In this document: positions 1 to 13,761 of the stretch, piece by piece
How the letters are laid out: each line of letters opens with the position of its first letter
How positions within the stretch are numbered: the first letter of the stretch is position 1
Assembly (NCBI RefSeq): GCF_006345805.1
Contig: NC_043018.1
Location: forward strand, 26,970,001-27,034,000
Source: Octopus sinensis
Taxonomy: Eukaryota
Direction of reading: 5' to 3'
DNA: 64,000 nt
Notes under the pieces: generated by a model
Database searches by the model: none
What the model was told of the DNA's origin: nothing
The model's input: only the letters and a program-made list of their open reading frames with translations
Position numbers and translations under genes: made by a program

Positions 1-3000
1 ACATATATGTATATGAATAATACAATTAACTTATATGTATATAAATTATACAATTATATGAATATATACAAATATATATATGTATATGAATATATACAAA
101 TTAGATATATGTATATGAAGATATTCAAATTATATATATGTATATGAAGATATACAATTACATATATGTATATGAAGATATACAAATTACATTTATGTAT
201 ATGAATATATACAAATTACATATTGTATATGAATATATACAAATTACATATATGTATATGAATATATACAAATACATATATGTAATGAATATATACAAAT
301 ATTATATGTATATGAAGATATACAAATTATATATATGTATATGAAGATATACAAATTAATATATGTATATGAAGATATACAAATTATATATGTATATGAA
401 GATATACAAATATATATATGTATATGAAGATATACAAAAATATATATGTATATGAAGATATACAAATTATATATATGTAAATGAAGATATACAAATATAT
501 ATGTAAATGAAGATATACAAATTATATATATGTAAATGAAGATATACAAATAAATATTTGTATTGAAATATACAAATTATATAGATGTATATGAATATAT
601 ACAAATAAATATATGTATATGAATATATACAAATTATATATATATATGAATATATACAAATTATATATATGTATATGAATATATACAAATATATACATGA
701 ATATGAATATCTACAAATTATATACATGCATATGTATATCTAAACAACTATATATATGCATAGAATATATACAAATTATATATATGTATATGAAGATATA
801 CAAATTACATATATGTATATGAATATATACAAATTACATATATGTATACGAAAGATATCCAATTTAAACATATGTATATGAAGATATACAAATTACATAT
901 ATGTATATGAAGCTATACAAATTACATATATGTATATAAAGATATACAAATTATATATATGTATATGAAGGTATACAAATTACATATATGTATATGAAGA
1001 TATACAAATTACATATATGTATATGAAGATATACAAAAAACATATATGTATATGAATATATACAAATTACATATATGTATGTCTATATATACAAATTACA
1101 TATATGTATATGAATATATACAAATTATATATATGTATATGAAGATATACAAATTACATATATGTATATGAATATATACAAATTACATATATGTATATGA
1201 AGATATACAAATTACATATATGTATATGAATATATACAAATTACATATGTATATGAATATACACAAATTATATATATTTATATGAATATATACATATTAG
1301 ATATATGAATATGAAGATATACAAATTATATATATGTAAATGAAGATATACAAATTATATATATGTATATGAAGATATATAAATTAAATATATGTATATG
1401 AATATATACAAATTAAATATATGTATATGAATATATACAAATTATATACATGCATATGAATATCTACAAATTATATAATATGAATATTCACAAATCATAT
1501 ACTGCATATATTATATACAAATTATATATATGCATATGAATATGTACAAATTAATATATGCATATAAATATATACAAATTATATATCTGTCTACAAAATA
1601 TATAAATTAATATCTGTATACAAATGTATACAAATTATATATGTATACAAATTATATATTTGTATATAAACGTATACAAATTATATATTGTATATAAAGT
1701 ATACAAAGTATATATCATTATATATAAATTGTATATATTTATATACATATATATAAAATATACAAATTATATATATGATATAATTATATAACAAATTATA
1801 TATTTGTATATGAATATATACAAATTATATATATGTATATGAATATATACAAATATATATATGTATATAAATATATACAATTATATATATGTATATGAAT
1901 ATATACAAATTATATATATGTATATGAATATAACAATTATATATGTATATGAATATATACAAATCAATATATGTATATGAAATATACAAATTATATAGTG
2001 ATATTAAATATTAATTATATATATGTTCACAATATATACAAATTATATATATGTATACAAATTATATATGTATACAAATATATACAAATTATATATATGT
2101 ACAATATATACAAATTATATATATGTATACAAATTATATATAAGTATATAAAGTATACAAATTATATTATGTATATAACGTATACAAATTATATATAAGT
2201 ATATAAATGTATACAAATTATATATATGTATATAAATGTATACAAATTATATATATGTATATAAATGTATACAAATTATATATTGTATACAAATATATAT
2301 ATGTATATAAACGTATACAAATTATATATTGTATATAAACGTATACAAATATATTTGTATATAAATGTATACAAATTATATAATATATATATATAATTTG
2401 TATATATTTATACATATATATAAATATATACAAATATATATATGTATATAAAAAATATATACAAATTTATATATTGTATATGAATATATACAAATTATAT
2501 ATTGTATATGAATATATACAAATTATATATATGTATATGAATATATACAAATTATATATATGTATATGAATATATACAAATTATATATATGTATATGAAT
2601 ATATACAATTATATATATGTATATAAACGTATTACAAATTATATATATGTATATAAATGTATACAATTATATATATGTATAAAATGTATACAAATTATAT
2701 ATATGTATATAATGTATACAAATTATATATATGTATATAAATGTATACAAATTATATATGTATATAAATGTATACAAATTATATATATGTATAAATGTAT
2801 ACAAATTATATATATGTAATAAATGTATACAAATTATATATATGTATATAAATGTATACAAATTATATATATGTATATAAATGTATACAAATTATATATA
2901 TGTATATAAATGTATACAAATTATATATAGTATACAAAATTATATATATGATACAAATTATATATGTATATAAATGTATACAAATTATATATATGTATAT

Positions 3001-3930
3001 AAATGTATACAAATTATATATATGTATATAAACGTATACAAATTATATATATGTATATAAACGTATACAAATTATGTATATGTATATAAACGTATACAAA
3101 TTATATATATGTATATAAATGTATACAAATTATATATATGTATATAAACGTATACAAATTATATATTTGTATATAAATGTATACAAATTATATATATGTA
3201 TATAAATATATACAAATTATATATATGCATATGAATATATACAAATTATATATATGCATATAAATATATACAAATTATATATATGAATATAAATATATAC
3301 AAATTATATATATGAATATAAATATATACAAATTACATATCTGTATATAAATATATACAAATTACATATCTGTATAAAAATATATACAAATTATATATCT
3401 GTATACAAATATATACAAATTATATATATGTATATAAACGTATACAAATTATATATTTGTATATAAATGTATACAAATTATATATAATTTATATATAATT
3501 TTTATATATTATATAATATATATAAATATATACAAATTATATATTTGTATATGATATATACAAATTATAATTTGTATATGAATATATACAAATTATATAT
3601 ATGTATATGATGTATATACAAATTATATATATGTATATGAATATATACAAATTATATATATGTATATGAATATATACAAATTATATATATATATATATAA
3701 ACGTATATACAAATTATATATATGTATATAATTGTATAGAAATTATATATATGTATATAAATATATACAAATTATATATATGTATATAAATGTATACAAA
3801 TTATATATTTGTATATAAATGTATACAAATATATATATTTATACGTATATAAATGTATACAAAATGTATATATTATATTATATATATGTATATATATATA
3901 TACATATATATATATATTAAATATACAAAT

Positions 3931-3965
<35 letters not shown>
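1..3965. repeat. AT-rich tandem satellite/minisatellite, ~29-bp unit (TATACAAATTATATATATGTATATGAAGA and variants)
   Basis: The motif ATGTATAT recurs at 901, 930 and 959 (29-bp period). The unit continues with variants (GAAGAT, GAATAT, AAATGT, AAACGT) to about 3965. All ORFs called here are repeat artefacts. Confidence 0.95.
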
Positions 3966-3966
<1 letters not shown>

Positions 3967-3979
3967 GTATACAATCTAT

Positions 3980-4030
3980 ACACTGTCCAAGCCTTGCTAG
4001 CACGGAAAACGGGCGTTAAATGATGATGAT
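3980..4030 (+). mobile_element. 3' terminus fragment of the RTE LINE family
   Basis: CTGTCCAAGCCTTGCTAGCACGGAAAACGGGCGTTAAATGATGATGAT matches the RTE 3' end and (GAT)n tail at 13697-13761. Confidence 0.7.
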
Positions 4031-5286
4031 TCTCCGTATTTTTTCTCTCTCCTTTCTCTCTCACTTTCCCACTCTCTTAGTTTTCTCATCTCTCGGACTC
4101 TTCCTTGCTTTCTCTTACTCTCTATCTTTATCTATCTCTCTCCCATTTATAAACAACAGAAGATCTTGAGTAAGTTGAGAAATAAAATATTTAGAAAGAT
4201 CAATCAGATATATGAGGCAGTGATAATGGAAAAGTCTGCTTCAAGGCAGACAGCAAAATGCTAGCATTTAAAAGGGACAGACGGACTAGCGAGCTGAAGA
4301 AAAATAATAAAATATTGGAAACCAAAGTTTGAAGGGATAGAATCTGAGGATAGTAGAGTCACCATGGCTGGCACTTCTTAATGACGGACAGCAACGTAGT
4401 GACAGTTTAACGACTGGCGTAAAATTTTCAACTTGATGTAAAAGAAAATTCGTAAACACCAAGTTTTGAAGTGATTCTTTCTCACGACAGTAGACTCACC
4501 ATGGACTCTTTATCATGGACTCTTTATCATGGACGGCAACACATTGACGATTAAAAGGCTGGCGCAAATTTTTTAGCTTGATGTAACAGAGAATTCCTAA
4601 ACACCCGCTCATTTAAATTTTAATCCCATTCCAGCCCCATTTAGACCACTTTTCACATTTTGGTTAACATAACCCGATTTCATTCGGGTCTACTGGGGGC
4701 CACATTTTATAAGATGAGGAATTTGTCCTAGAGGTGACGCCTTTCATTTGAGGAAAAATATAGTTGTCATGCAAACTTGCCAGCACTTTTAACATAGGTA
4801 TGCATATTTTCAGCTGAATCGACCGACTACGTAATGCACACATTATATATATATATATATATATGTGTATATATATATGTGTGTGTGTGTGTGTGTGCAC
4901 GCATTATATATACAAATGTATACAAATGAGATATAGATCTGTATAAATTAAATTAGAGATAAAACCACTAATAGGCAAATCAAACAATGAAAAACCAAAC
5001 ACAAAAACATAAAAAAATAATATAATATATAAAATATATAAAATATAAAATTGAAAAATTGAAATTATTTAAATTGAAAATAAAAATTATTAAATTATAT
5101 TTATAATTTGTTTAAAAATATATAACTATGAAAAAGTATGAAAAAGTTTAACATACATAAATAAAGATATATACACTTTGTATATATAATTATATATACA
5201 TATTTATATATAGAACACACACACAACCACATACATTATATATACATATTTATATATAGAACACACACATACATTATATATACATA

Positions 5287-6133
5287 TCTATATATATAAA
5301 ACTGTAGTTGGTGAGTGTCTGTCTCCTACGATTTAGATTCCTAACTACTCCCACATTTTGCGATGCAGTTTAACCAAACCGGGTATCTTATAGTCGTGAT
5401 TCATATCGAGCCCTTCTGGGTATTAGCGCGCGTCTATGATGAGTCTACGATTTTAAAAATAATTTACCATCATTTTTTTCCATTTTAATGCATATTTTTT
5501 TAAATAAAGGGAAGTAACACTCAAACTTCACACCAATATGCGTGCTCATATGCGACGTAATATCACATCAGCAGCATTTCCTCACACCCTCCTTGCACTT
5601 GGCGAAGGCAAAATACCAGGGTATGAAAATGGTAATATTGCCATCGATTCCATTTGTACCATTGTTAAGACGCCTCCTGATCTCAGAGATGCAGTGTTCC
5701 CAGATCTACAAGCTAATTATCAGAATATGGATTGGATTGGCAAAAAAGCTATACTGGCCCCGAGGGATAAAACTGTTCACCATATTAATGATGAAATGCT
5801 AAAACTCATTCCTGGGGAAGTCTATGTATATCAGTATATCGATACAACTCCTGACCCAGAGGACGTCATCAACTATCCAATAGAGGTACTCAATTCCTTT
5901 GAGCACCCCGGACTACCACCACACTTTCTCAAACTTAAAGTTGGTGCCCCTATAATGCTCATCAGAAATTTGGTTCCCCCAAAACAATGCAATGGCACAC
6001 ATTTGATCGTTAAGTCCTTATCTCCCACCGTAAACTTATATCAATATTTGCCTGGATAATCATCATAATTCAGTGCAATCATTAACAGTACTTTCAAGCA
6101 ATTCAGCCCCGAGCAACGCCGGGCAATTCTGCT

Positions 6134-6135
<2 letters not shown>
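5287..6135 (+). mobile_element. Non-autonomous Helitron retaining a Pif1-like helicase fragment
   Basis: 5' end A^TCTATATATATAAAA at 5287; 3' hairpin CCCG-AGCAACGC-CGGG (6108-6123) then CTAG (6132-6135) followed by T; internal ORF with Helitron helicase motifs. Confidence 0.85.
5538..6059 (+). pseudogene. Helitron RepHel Pif1-family helicase, C-terminal fragment
   Basis: LLALGEG..., AILAPRDKTVHHIN, YPIEVLNSFEHPGLPPHFLKLKVGAPIMLIRNL..CNGT are hallmark Pif1/Helitron helicase motifs; the ORF is truncated. Confidence 0.9.
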
Positions 6136-6177
<42 letters not shown>

Positions 6178-6550
6178 CTGAAGTTGTCTGGATATATGTA
6201 TGTATGTATGTGTGTGTGTGTATACGTATGTATGTGTAGAGACCTCTTTTGGCTCCACCTGAGTTTTGAAACTGAATGGGTAAATTTCCCCCTAACTATA
6301 GAGCCTTATTGTTCTGTTGAGGAACAATGTTGTTTTATTCAACCGATGGCCTTCCCAACATTTGATTGATGTATTTTCCTCTTGACCCATAACCCTTCTA
6401 GTTTGTAAAGGGTTTAAATAAATAATATAAGGGATCTTTACCCTTTCAACGGCAGATCGAGAAATATATTTTTTGTAACTAAACACTTTCAACCTTCGGA
6501 CACTAACCCTAACCCTAATGTGTCCTATAAAACATATTTTACTTTTAATG

Positions 6551-6645
6551 TTACTCTTGACCGCGGCCATGCTGGAGCATCGCCTTTAATCGAGCAACTC
6601 AACCCCGGGACTTATTCTTTTTGTAAGCCCAGTACTTATTCTATC
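6551..6645 (-). mobile_element. tRNA-derived SINE family A, 3' fragment
   Basis: Reverse complement of the 3' half of the full copy at 42095-42545 (GGCGGTGCTCCAGCATGGCCGC..., AATAAGTCCCGGGGTCGAT). Confidence 0.8.
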
Positions 6646-7053
6646 CTTAGCCAATCATATTGTCTGTTTTCATTTGAAATTATCAGCTGCATAGTGTTAA
6701 TGTGACGTAGATAGCTATTTTGTGAGTGGGTAAGCAGTAAGCAAACAGCTGTGGTAGATGTGGTTATCATGGCAGTGGTGGTAGTGGTGACAGTGGATGT
6801 GTATGATGGCAGCAATTATAGTGTTGGTGTTTTTGTAGAGGTGGTGGTGGTGGCGGCAGTGGATGATGATGATAATGATGATGATAGTAGTAGTAGCATT
6901 GATTATGTTAGGATGTCTCATGGATGGTAGTGTTGGTGTGTGTGTGTGTGTATGTATGAATCAAAACAGTTTGATTCAAATTCTGTGGTTCTTATATATT
7001 CATACATACATATACATGTAGATGTATATAACATATATATATTGTATGTAAAC

Positions 7054-7111
<58 letters not shown>

Positions 7112-7187
7112 GTATGCATCTATAATACACACACATTATAAATATATACACATATATGCATATGCATTAGAATATGTGGGTGTATAG

Positions 7188-7242
<55 letters not shown>

Positions 7243-7309
7243 TATGTTTGTATACATGTGTGTGTAGCTATTTAGGATCTACACAAATTTTATATATACT
7301 CCACGAAGT

Positions 7310-7810
7310 TTATGATAAGCGGAGATGTCTACATTTTAGTTAGCTATTTACATGTTTACGTTAACTACGTCACAAAATAGCTGTTTACGTCACAGTAACA
7401 ATATTTTGAGAGGCAGTAAATAATATGAGGCTGAAAGAAAGAATATCATTGGTTAAAATTCGAATTATTAAACAACGTTAAACTTAGAAATTACAATTCC
7501 GTTTTCATTTTGGTTTACAATTATGGGATCTTTTCATTTCTGAAGCCAGTTTTTTCAAATTTTTCCTACTGAACCAAAAAATTTGAAACTTCGTATTCTG
7601 GTAGAATGTGTCAAAAGTAAACTTAATTGTAAACCAGAATGAAAACGGAATTGTAACTTCTAAGTTTAACGTTGTTTAATAATTAGAATTTTAACCAATG
7701 ATATTCCGTCATTCGGCTTTATTTTATTTACTCCGTCTCGACCACCAATTTGGTGACGTATTAAACATCTGAAATGTAAATAAAACGCATAAATCTCCTT
7801 CTAATTATTT
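7310..7810. mobile_element. Foldback/MITE-like element with long inverted arms
   Basis: 7443-7523 is a near-perfect inverted repeat of 7624-7705. Weaker arm homology extends outward to about 7315 and 7800 around a ~100-bp core. Confidence 0.8.
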
Positions 7811-8056
7811 AACGTACTCATGTTTCCAAGATCCTATAGTCAGCCACCTTCTAATAACAATATTTAAAATTAGTTAATAAGCCACATGTATTAAATTGAA
7901 AATGTTTCCATTCTGTTAGTACTTGCTTTCGTTTGCTATTAAGAAGTGGCATCTCAGTGACGAGGCTTCTAACAAGATTTCGTTTCTAAGCTAATGCGTT
8001 TCATTTCACTTATTGTATTTATTTGTGCAAAAGGCAAGAAATTTAATATTAAAAAA

Positions 8057-8165
8057 GCAAAGAGCTGGCAGAAACGTTAGCACGCCGGGCGAAATGCGTA
8101 GCCGTATTTCGTCTGCCGTTACGTTCTGAGTTCAAATTCCGCCGAGTCGATTTTGCCTTTCATCA
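8057..8165 (+). mobile_element. tRNA-derived SINE family C, 5' head
   Basis: GAGCTGGCAGAAACGTTAGCACGCCGGGCG...GAGTTCAAATTCCGCC with A-box- and B-box-like motifs; matches the full copy at 46497-46728. Confidence 0.85.
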
Positions 8166-8275
8166 TTACATACATACATACATACACACACACCACCACA
8201 CACCCACACACACACACACACACACCACACACCCACACACATATATACATACATACATACATACATACATACATA

Positions 8276-11200
8276 CCAAAAGATATAGCAGAAAAGAAGT
8301 TTGCCAATGTCCAGCGACGTGAGGACCAAAGAACTGAGGTATTTCGTATTGCTAGACAGTGTGTGAGAGAAAATAGTGATGTTACAGGGGAGAAATGTGT
8401 CCGCATGGATGATGGGGCACTTGCCTTTAATGTTGGTGAAAAGAAAGAGGCTTGGAGAAGCCATTATGAAAGACTGTTGAATGTGGAGAATGAATGGGAG
8501 GAGGAGAGCCTGCCAAATGTTGACCCAGTAGAGGGACCAGCTATCCAAATAGACAGCTCACTTGTAGTTAAGGCAATTAAGGATATGAAAACAGGTAAAG
8601 CCCCCGGCCCATCAAAATCACTGCTGAGATGCTTAAAACAGCTGGTTATGCGGGCTATGGCCTAGTCACCCGTATTGTTAACCAGGTAGTTCATAATGGA
8701 GTCATACCCAATGACTGGGCGTAGCAGCACCATAGTCAACTACTACAAGGGTAAGGGTGATGCTCTAGATAGAAATAACTACAGGGGTATTAAACTGTGG
8801 ATCAGGTGATGAAGGCCACAGAGAGGGTCATAACCCATCTCATTAGGGAGAGAATTTGCTTAGATGAGATGCAGTTCGGTTTTGTGTGTAGGGTAGAAGC
8901 ACCACTGATGCTAGATTCCTGGTCCGACAACTGCTGGAGAAATACCTAGCTAAACGATAAACCCCTCTACATAGCTTTTGTGGACTTGGAGAAAGCCTTT
9001 GACAGGGTTCCCCGATCCCTTATCTGGTGGTCGATGCGGAAACTGTTGATTCACGAATGGCTAATAAGGGCTGTACAGGCTTTATACAGAGAGGCAGTCA
9101 GCAAGGTTAGGATTGGCAACGAATATAGTGAAGAATTCCGGGTAGAAGTAGGTGTACACACAGGGCTCAGCCCTCAGTCCCCTTTTATTCATCATAGTCC
9201 TCCAGGCAATAACAGAGGAATTCAAAACAGGTTGCCCCTGGGAGCTCCTCTATGCTGATGACCTGGCCCTCATAGCAGAATCGCTACCGGAACTAAAAAA
9301 GAAATTTCGGGTGTGGAAACAAGGGTTGGAATCAAAGGGCCTTAGAGTAAATGTAGCGAAGAACAAAGTTATAGTATGCAGAAAGGCGAACTCAGCACAG
9401 ACCCCATCGGGCAGGTGGCCCTGCTCGAGCTGTAGGAAAGGTGTAGGTAGAAACTCCATAAGATGCACCCAATGTAAGCTATGGATGCACAAGAGGTGCA
9501 GCAACATTAAAGGGAATTTAACAGATAAGATAGCTTTCATGTGCGGCAGATGCACAGGGACAATAGACACCACAGACACTCAGAAAACATATTCCATCAC
9601 ACTCCAGGGAGAGAAACTAGAAGTAGTTGATAGTTTCCGCTACCTGGGTGACCAAGTTAGTAGTGGGGGTGGATGCTCAGAGAGTGTCACCACTAGAACA
9701 CGAATAGCCTGTTTAGAAAGTTTAGAAAGCTGCTACCCCTACTGGCGACAAAGGGTCTCTCACTCAGAGTGAAAGGTAGATTGTATGATGCATGTGTGCG
9801 AACTGCCATGCTTCACGGCAGTGAAACATGGGCCGTGACTGCAGAGGACATGCGTAGACTTGAAAGAAATGAAGCTAGCATGATCCGCTGGATGTGTAAT
9901 GTCAGTGTGAATGCACGACAGAGTGTAAGCACCCTGAGAGAAATGCTAGGCATAAGAATCCGTGGCTTCCCTAAATCGCAACTCTGTGCCACGGGAGAGT
10001 TTTAGCCTCCGATGGGCAGATCTGGACATTCGTCAAGTCTGGTGAGTCGTGGATAACGGATGCCAGTTGGACTGAGCAGACTACACCCACAACAACAACT
10101 GGCAATGCAAAAATCCTGGGGAAACTAACCAAGAACAATCAGCCATCCCCTGTATATCATCATCTGAAATCCAGATATAAACTGCTGTCCTTGAATGCCG
10201 TAGTTTATGCAACAAGGTGCATCTTTTTGTCTCCTACGTCAAAAGTATCAACCAGATTTCATCACAGTCACGGAAACGTGGGCACACTCTGCACTCTGTG
10301 ATGGAGTTTTCAGCATAGCCGGCTACAACCTGTTCCGCAAAGACCGCATTAATCGCCGTGGAGGGGGTGTGATGATTTATGTTCGATCAAGTCTTTCGGC
10401 AATCCCCTGTGATGATTTGAACCAATCTCAGCAGGAGGTATTTTTCTGTAATGTACACATGACCATGTCAACACTTCTGCTCGGAGTCGTTTACCGTCCT
10501 CCAAATTATCGCCAAGACGCACAGCTTTTTGATCTCCTCAGGGCGGCTGCCATGAAAACAGCCACATATGTGTATGTTGCGGGGGACTTCAATTTCCCTG
10601 AGATTGATTGGGAGGCCTTCCGTTGGCCGCAAAGTGCAGACGATTTTCTTGAACTGGTGCTGAATTCGAATTGGTCCCAAGTTGTTACCTCCCCACAAGG
10701 GGTAACAACACTTTGGATCTGCTACTAACCGCTTCTCCTGAAACAATCATTAGGTCGCTACCGAAGAACCTTTGGGTGACTCTGATCATTCCATGATCAT
10801 GGCCGACTTGTCTCTGGTTGGTTGTAACAAAAAACACAACCATCTTCAGATTGCCCGCTTTGACTGGAATAAAGCAAACTGGAGCTCTTATTGTACTGAG
10901 CTGCAACGCCCAAACTGGCGCGAATTTTATGCCTCTGGAGATGTGGACACTATACTCCAGAACATTCTGAATTCAATATGGGCAGCATGTGCAGCATCAG
11001 TACCACGCAAGCACAAAAAAAACACCCAATAGTGCAATTTGGGAGACTGCAGAAGTCCGACTTGCCAGGAAAGAACGCCGTAATGCTGAACGGGAATACA
11101 AATTGCATAAATCAGAGAGCAACAGGAAAAAGCGCAATAGGTCAGCCAACCACCTCAAGCAGGTGACAAAAAAGGCAGTGCTTGAATTTGAACAATGCAT

Positions 11201-13761
11201 TGCAGCTAACCCTGACAGCAAAGGGTTCTGGAAGTATGTGCAATCAAAGCAGAGACCCCCACTCTCCTGTTGGTCCCCTTCGCAATCCCCACACAGGACA
11301 GATTACTGGCAATCCCGAAGAATGTGCAGAAATCATTGCTGGATGCTATGCCGGCATCTTTACTGTCGAAGACCAAAATTTCCATCATCATCACCACTGA
11401 CATCGGACTCTATATCTTCTATGCGATTTACACCAGCACATGCTGCATCGCCACCTAAAGAATAAACGCAATTATGCCTCTCCTGTCTCAATGGTTGTTA
11501 CATACCTACTTCTCAAACGCAGTGGGTACTTTCTTCTAAGCCAACTTTCTCTATTCTTCCAATTCTGTCTCGACAATGGTGTTACTCCAGAACAGTGGAA
11601 AACTTCATGTCATCCCTCTGTTAAAAAAGGCGACCGCACATCGCCTGTCAACTATCGCCCCGTCTTACTAGCTTACTAGCTGCATCGCCAAACTGATGGA
11701 ATCCTGTATCAGAGAAACCCTCTGGAACTTCTGGAAGTCTCACAGCCTCAGCCAGCCGTCCACAATTCGGATTTATTCCTAACTCCAGCTGCTGTAATCA
11801 ACTCATCGAGTTTCTTGAGGACGTTACCCAAATCACTGATCGCGGATCCTGGGTGGATGTTGTTTACCTGGACTTTGCTAAGGCTTTTAACTCTGTGCCA
11901 CACAAAAGACTTATGGTGAAGCTTTCTGCGTTGGGTGTAGAGACGAACTCTATAACTGGTTAAAGTCCTTTATTTTCGCCGAACCGAAAAGAGTTTGTCA
12001 CAGTTCTAGGACAGCACTCTTCGCCCTATGAGATGACATCTGGTGTGCCGCAGGGATCTGTTCTTGGCCCCTCTTTTATTTGTTGCATATGTTAATGACA
12101 TAGATGCCAACTTAAAGAATGCCACAGTGCTGAAATGCAGATGACATCAAGCTGTACCTCCCAATAAAGAGGTCAAATCCTGTACACTATGGATCTCTAT
12201 TGCAAGCAGACCTGGACACAATGCAGCAGTGGATCATGGACTGGCAACTCAAGCTGGCTGTGGACAAATGTACCACCATGCATTTTTGGGGAGGAGAAAC
12301 CCAGCGTCCACCTACTCCCTCCACAACACTAGTCCTCAAAAAGTCTTCAAGTGAACGTGACCTGGGTGTTATTGTCGACAGTGATTTGCGGTTGGACAAA
12401 ACACATCCAATCTAAAATTGTCAAGAAGGCTGAGGGTGTCTTGGCATCACTCACCAAATCCTTTGTGAGCCGCTCTCCGGCTATCTATCTGCGGCTTTAT
12501 ATAGCTATGGTAAGACCTCACCTGGAATTTGCATCACCGGTCTGGACCCTTATCTTGCCCAGGACATCAAAACGTCTAGAAGCTGTTCAGCGACGTGCAC
12601 CAGAAGAATACCCTCCATCAGGCATTTGCCATATCCTGAACGCCTTACTTCCATGGCATGGACACATTAAAACTCCGACGTCTGGCAGCTGACTTGGCAG
12701 ACACCCATATAAATTATCAACCATCGCACAAAAACAATAACTCTGAGCACCTCTTCAAACTCCACCCATCTAACACCCGTGGACGATATTTACAAAGTAA
12801 GAAAACAGCACAGCTCCCATGACTTCAGGAAAACATTTTTTCACGCTGAGAGTTGCTGAAGCGTGGAACAAACTGCCGGCATCGGTTGTTAGTTGTCGGA
12901 GCACTGCATCCTTCAAAACTTCCATGCTTCCTGAGATTTCCAACAACACTACACTTGATTTCTCCCCTCCATACACACACAAGCATTCACTTTCCAGACA
13001 TTTCTACATTTGCTGCATGTACTTATATGCACTTTCTGACAAGTTGTGGTGCACCTGAGCACTGTATACTATAATTTCATTTATTATTATTATAAGAAGC
13101 ATCAGATGCGGTGTGCAAGAGCGACGCTTGCGATGGTATGGTCATGTACTGCGGATGATGAGGAGGAGAGTTGTGAAGAAAAGTGCCACTCCCGAACAGT
13201 TGAAGAATCAGGGGGAGAGGTAGACCCAGGAAGACATGGGATGAGGTAGGCAAGCATGACCTCAGAGCGTTGGGCCTCACTGAGGCAATGGCGAAGGACT
13301 GAGATCTCTAGAGATGTGCTGTGACTACTAGACCCGTGATGCTTCCGGCACCAGTTCCGCATACCCCCTGCCCATTCAAAGTACCTTGGATCCCAGAAAC
13401 ATCTCACTGTGCTTGAGGAGACCTGTTGAGTCAAGTGCATGTACATGAACATCAAACCAAATATCAATGGAAAACAGTAGTTGTGATACCTGTGCCTGGG
13501 GTGGTGGACACAAAAAGCACCATCCGAACGTGGCCGATGGCCAGACCCCTCTGGCACCCTGTGCCAGTGGGGCACATAAAAAGTACCCACTACACTCACG
13601 GAGTGGTTGGCATTAGATAGGGCATCCAGCTGTAGAAACACTGCCAGATCAGACTGGAGCTGGTGCAGCCTTCTGGCTTCCCAGATCCCGGTTGAACCGT
13701 CCAACCCATGCTAGCATGGAAACGGACGTTAAACGATGATGATGATGATGATGATGATGAT
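8276..13761 (+). mobile_element. 5'-truncated RTE-clade LINE (frameshifted RT), interrupted by a CR1 at 9959-13091
   Basis: RT motifs DLEKAFDRVPR, QGSALSPLLF, LLYADDL, FRYLG and RTE C-terminal CVRTAMLHGSETW; coding sequence resumes at 13099 (RWYGHV..RGRPRKTW); 3' UTR ends in (GAT)n at 13735-13761. Confidence 0.92.
9959..13091 (+). mobile_element. CR1-clade LINE (APE + RT ORF2, multiple frameshifts) nested in the RTE, 7-bp TSD ATAAGAA
   Basis: APE motifs ITVTETW, GGGVMIYV, GVVYRPP, AGDFNFPEIDW, SDH; RT motifs DVVYLDFAKAF, GVPQGSVLGP; C-terminal FFTLRVAEAWNKLP; (TTA)n tail; ATAAGAA at 9952-9958 and 13092-13098. Confidence 0.92.

Noticed and set aside
138-2861. ORFs rich in Y/I/M/K in the first 3 kb
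   Set aside because: Translations of the 29-bp satellite; no coding signal.
6500-6520. AACCCTAACCCTAA as an interstitial telomere
   Set aside because: Only two units; expected by chance or within a repeat.
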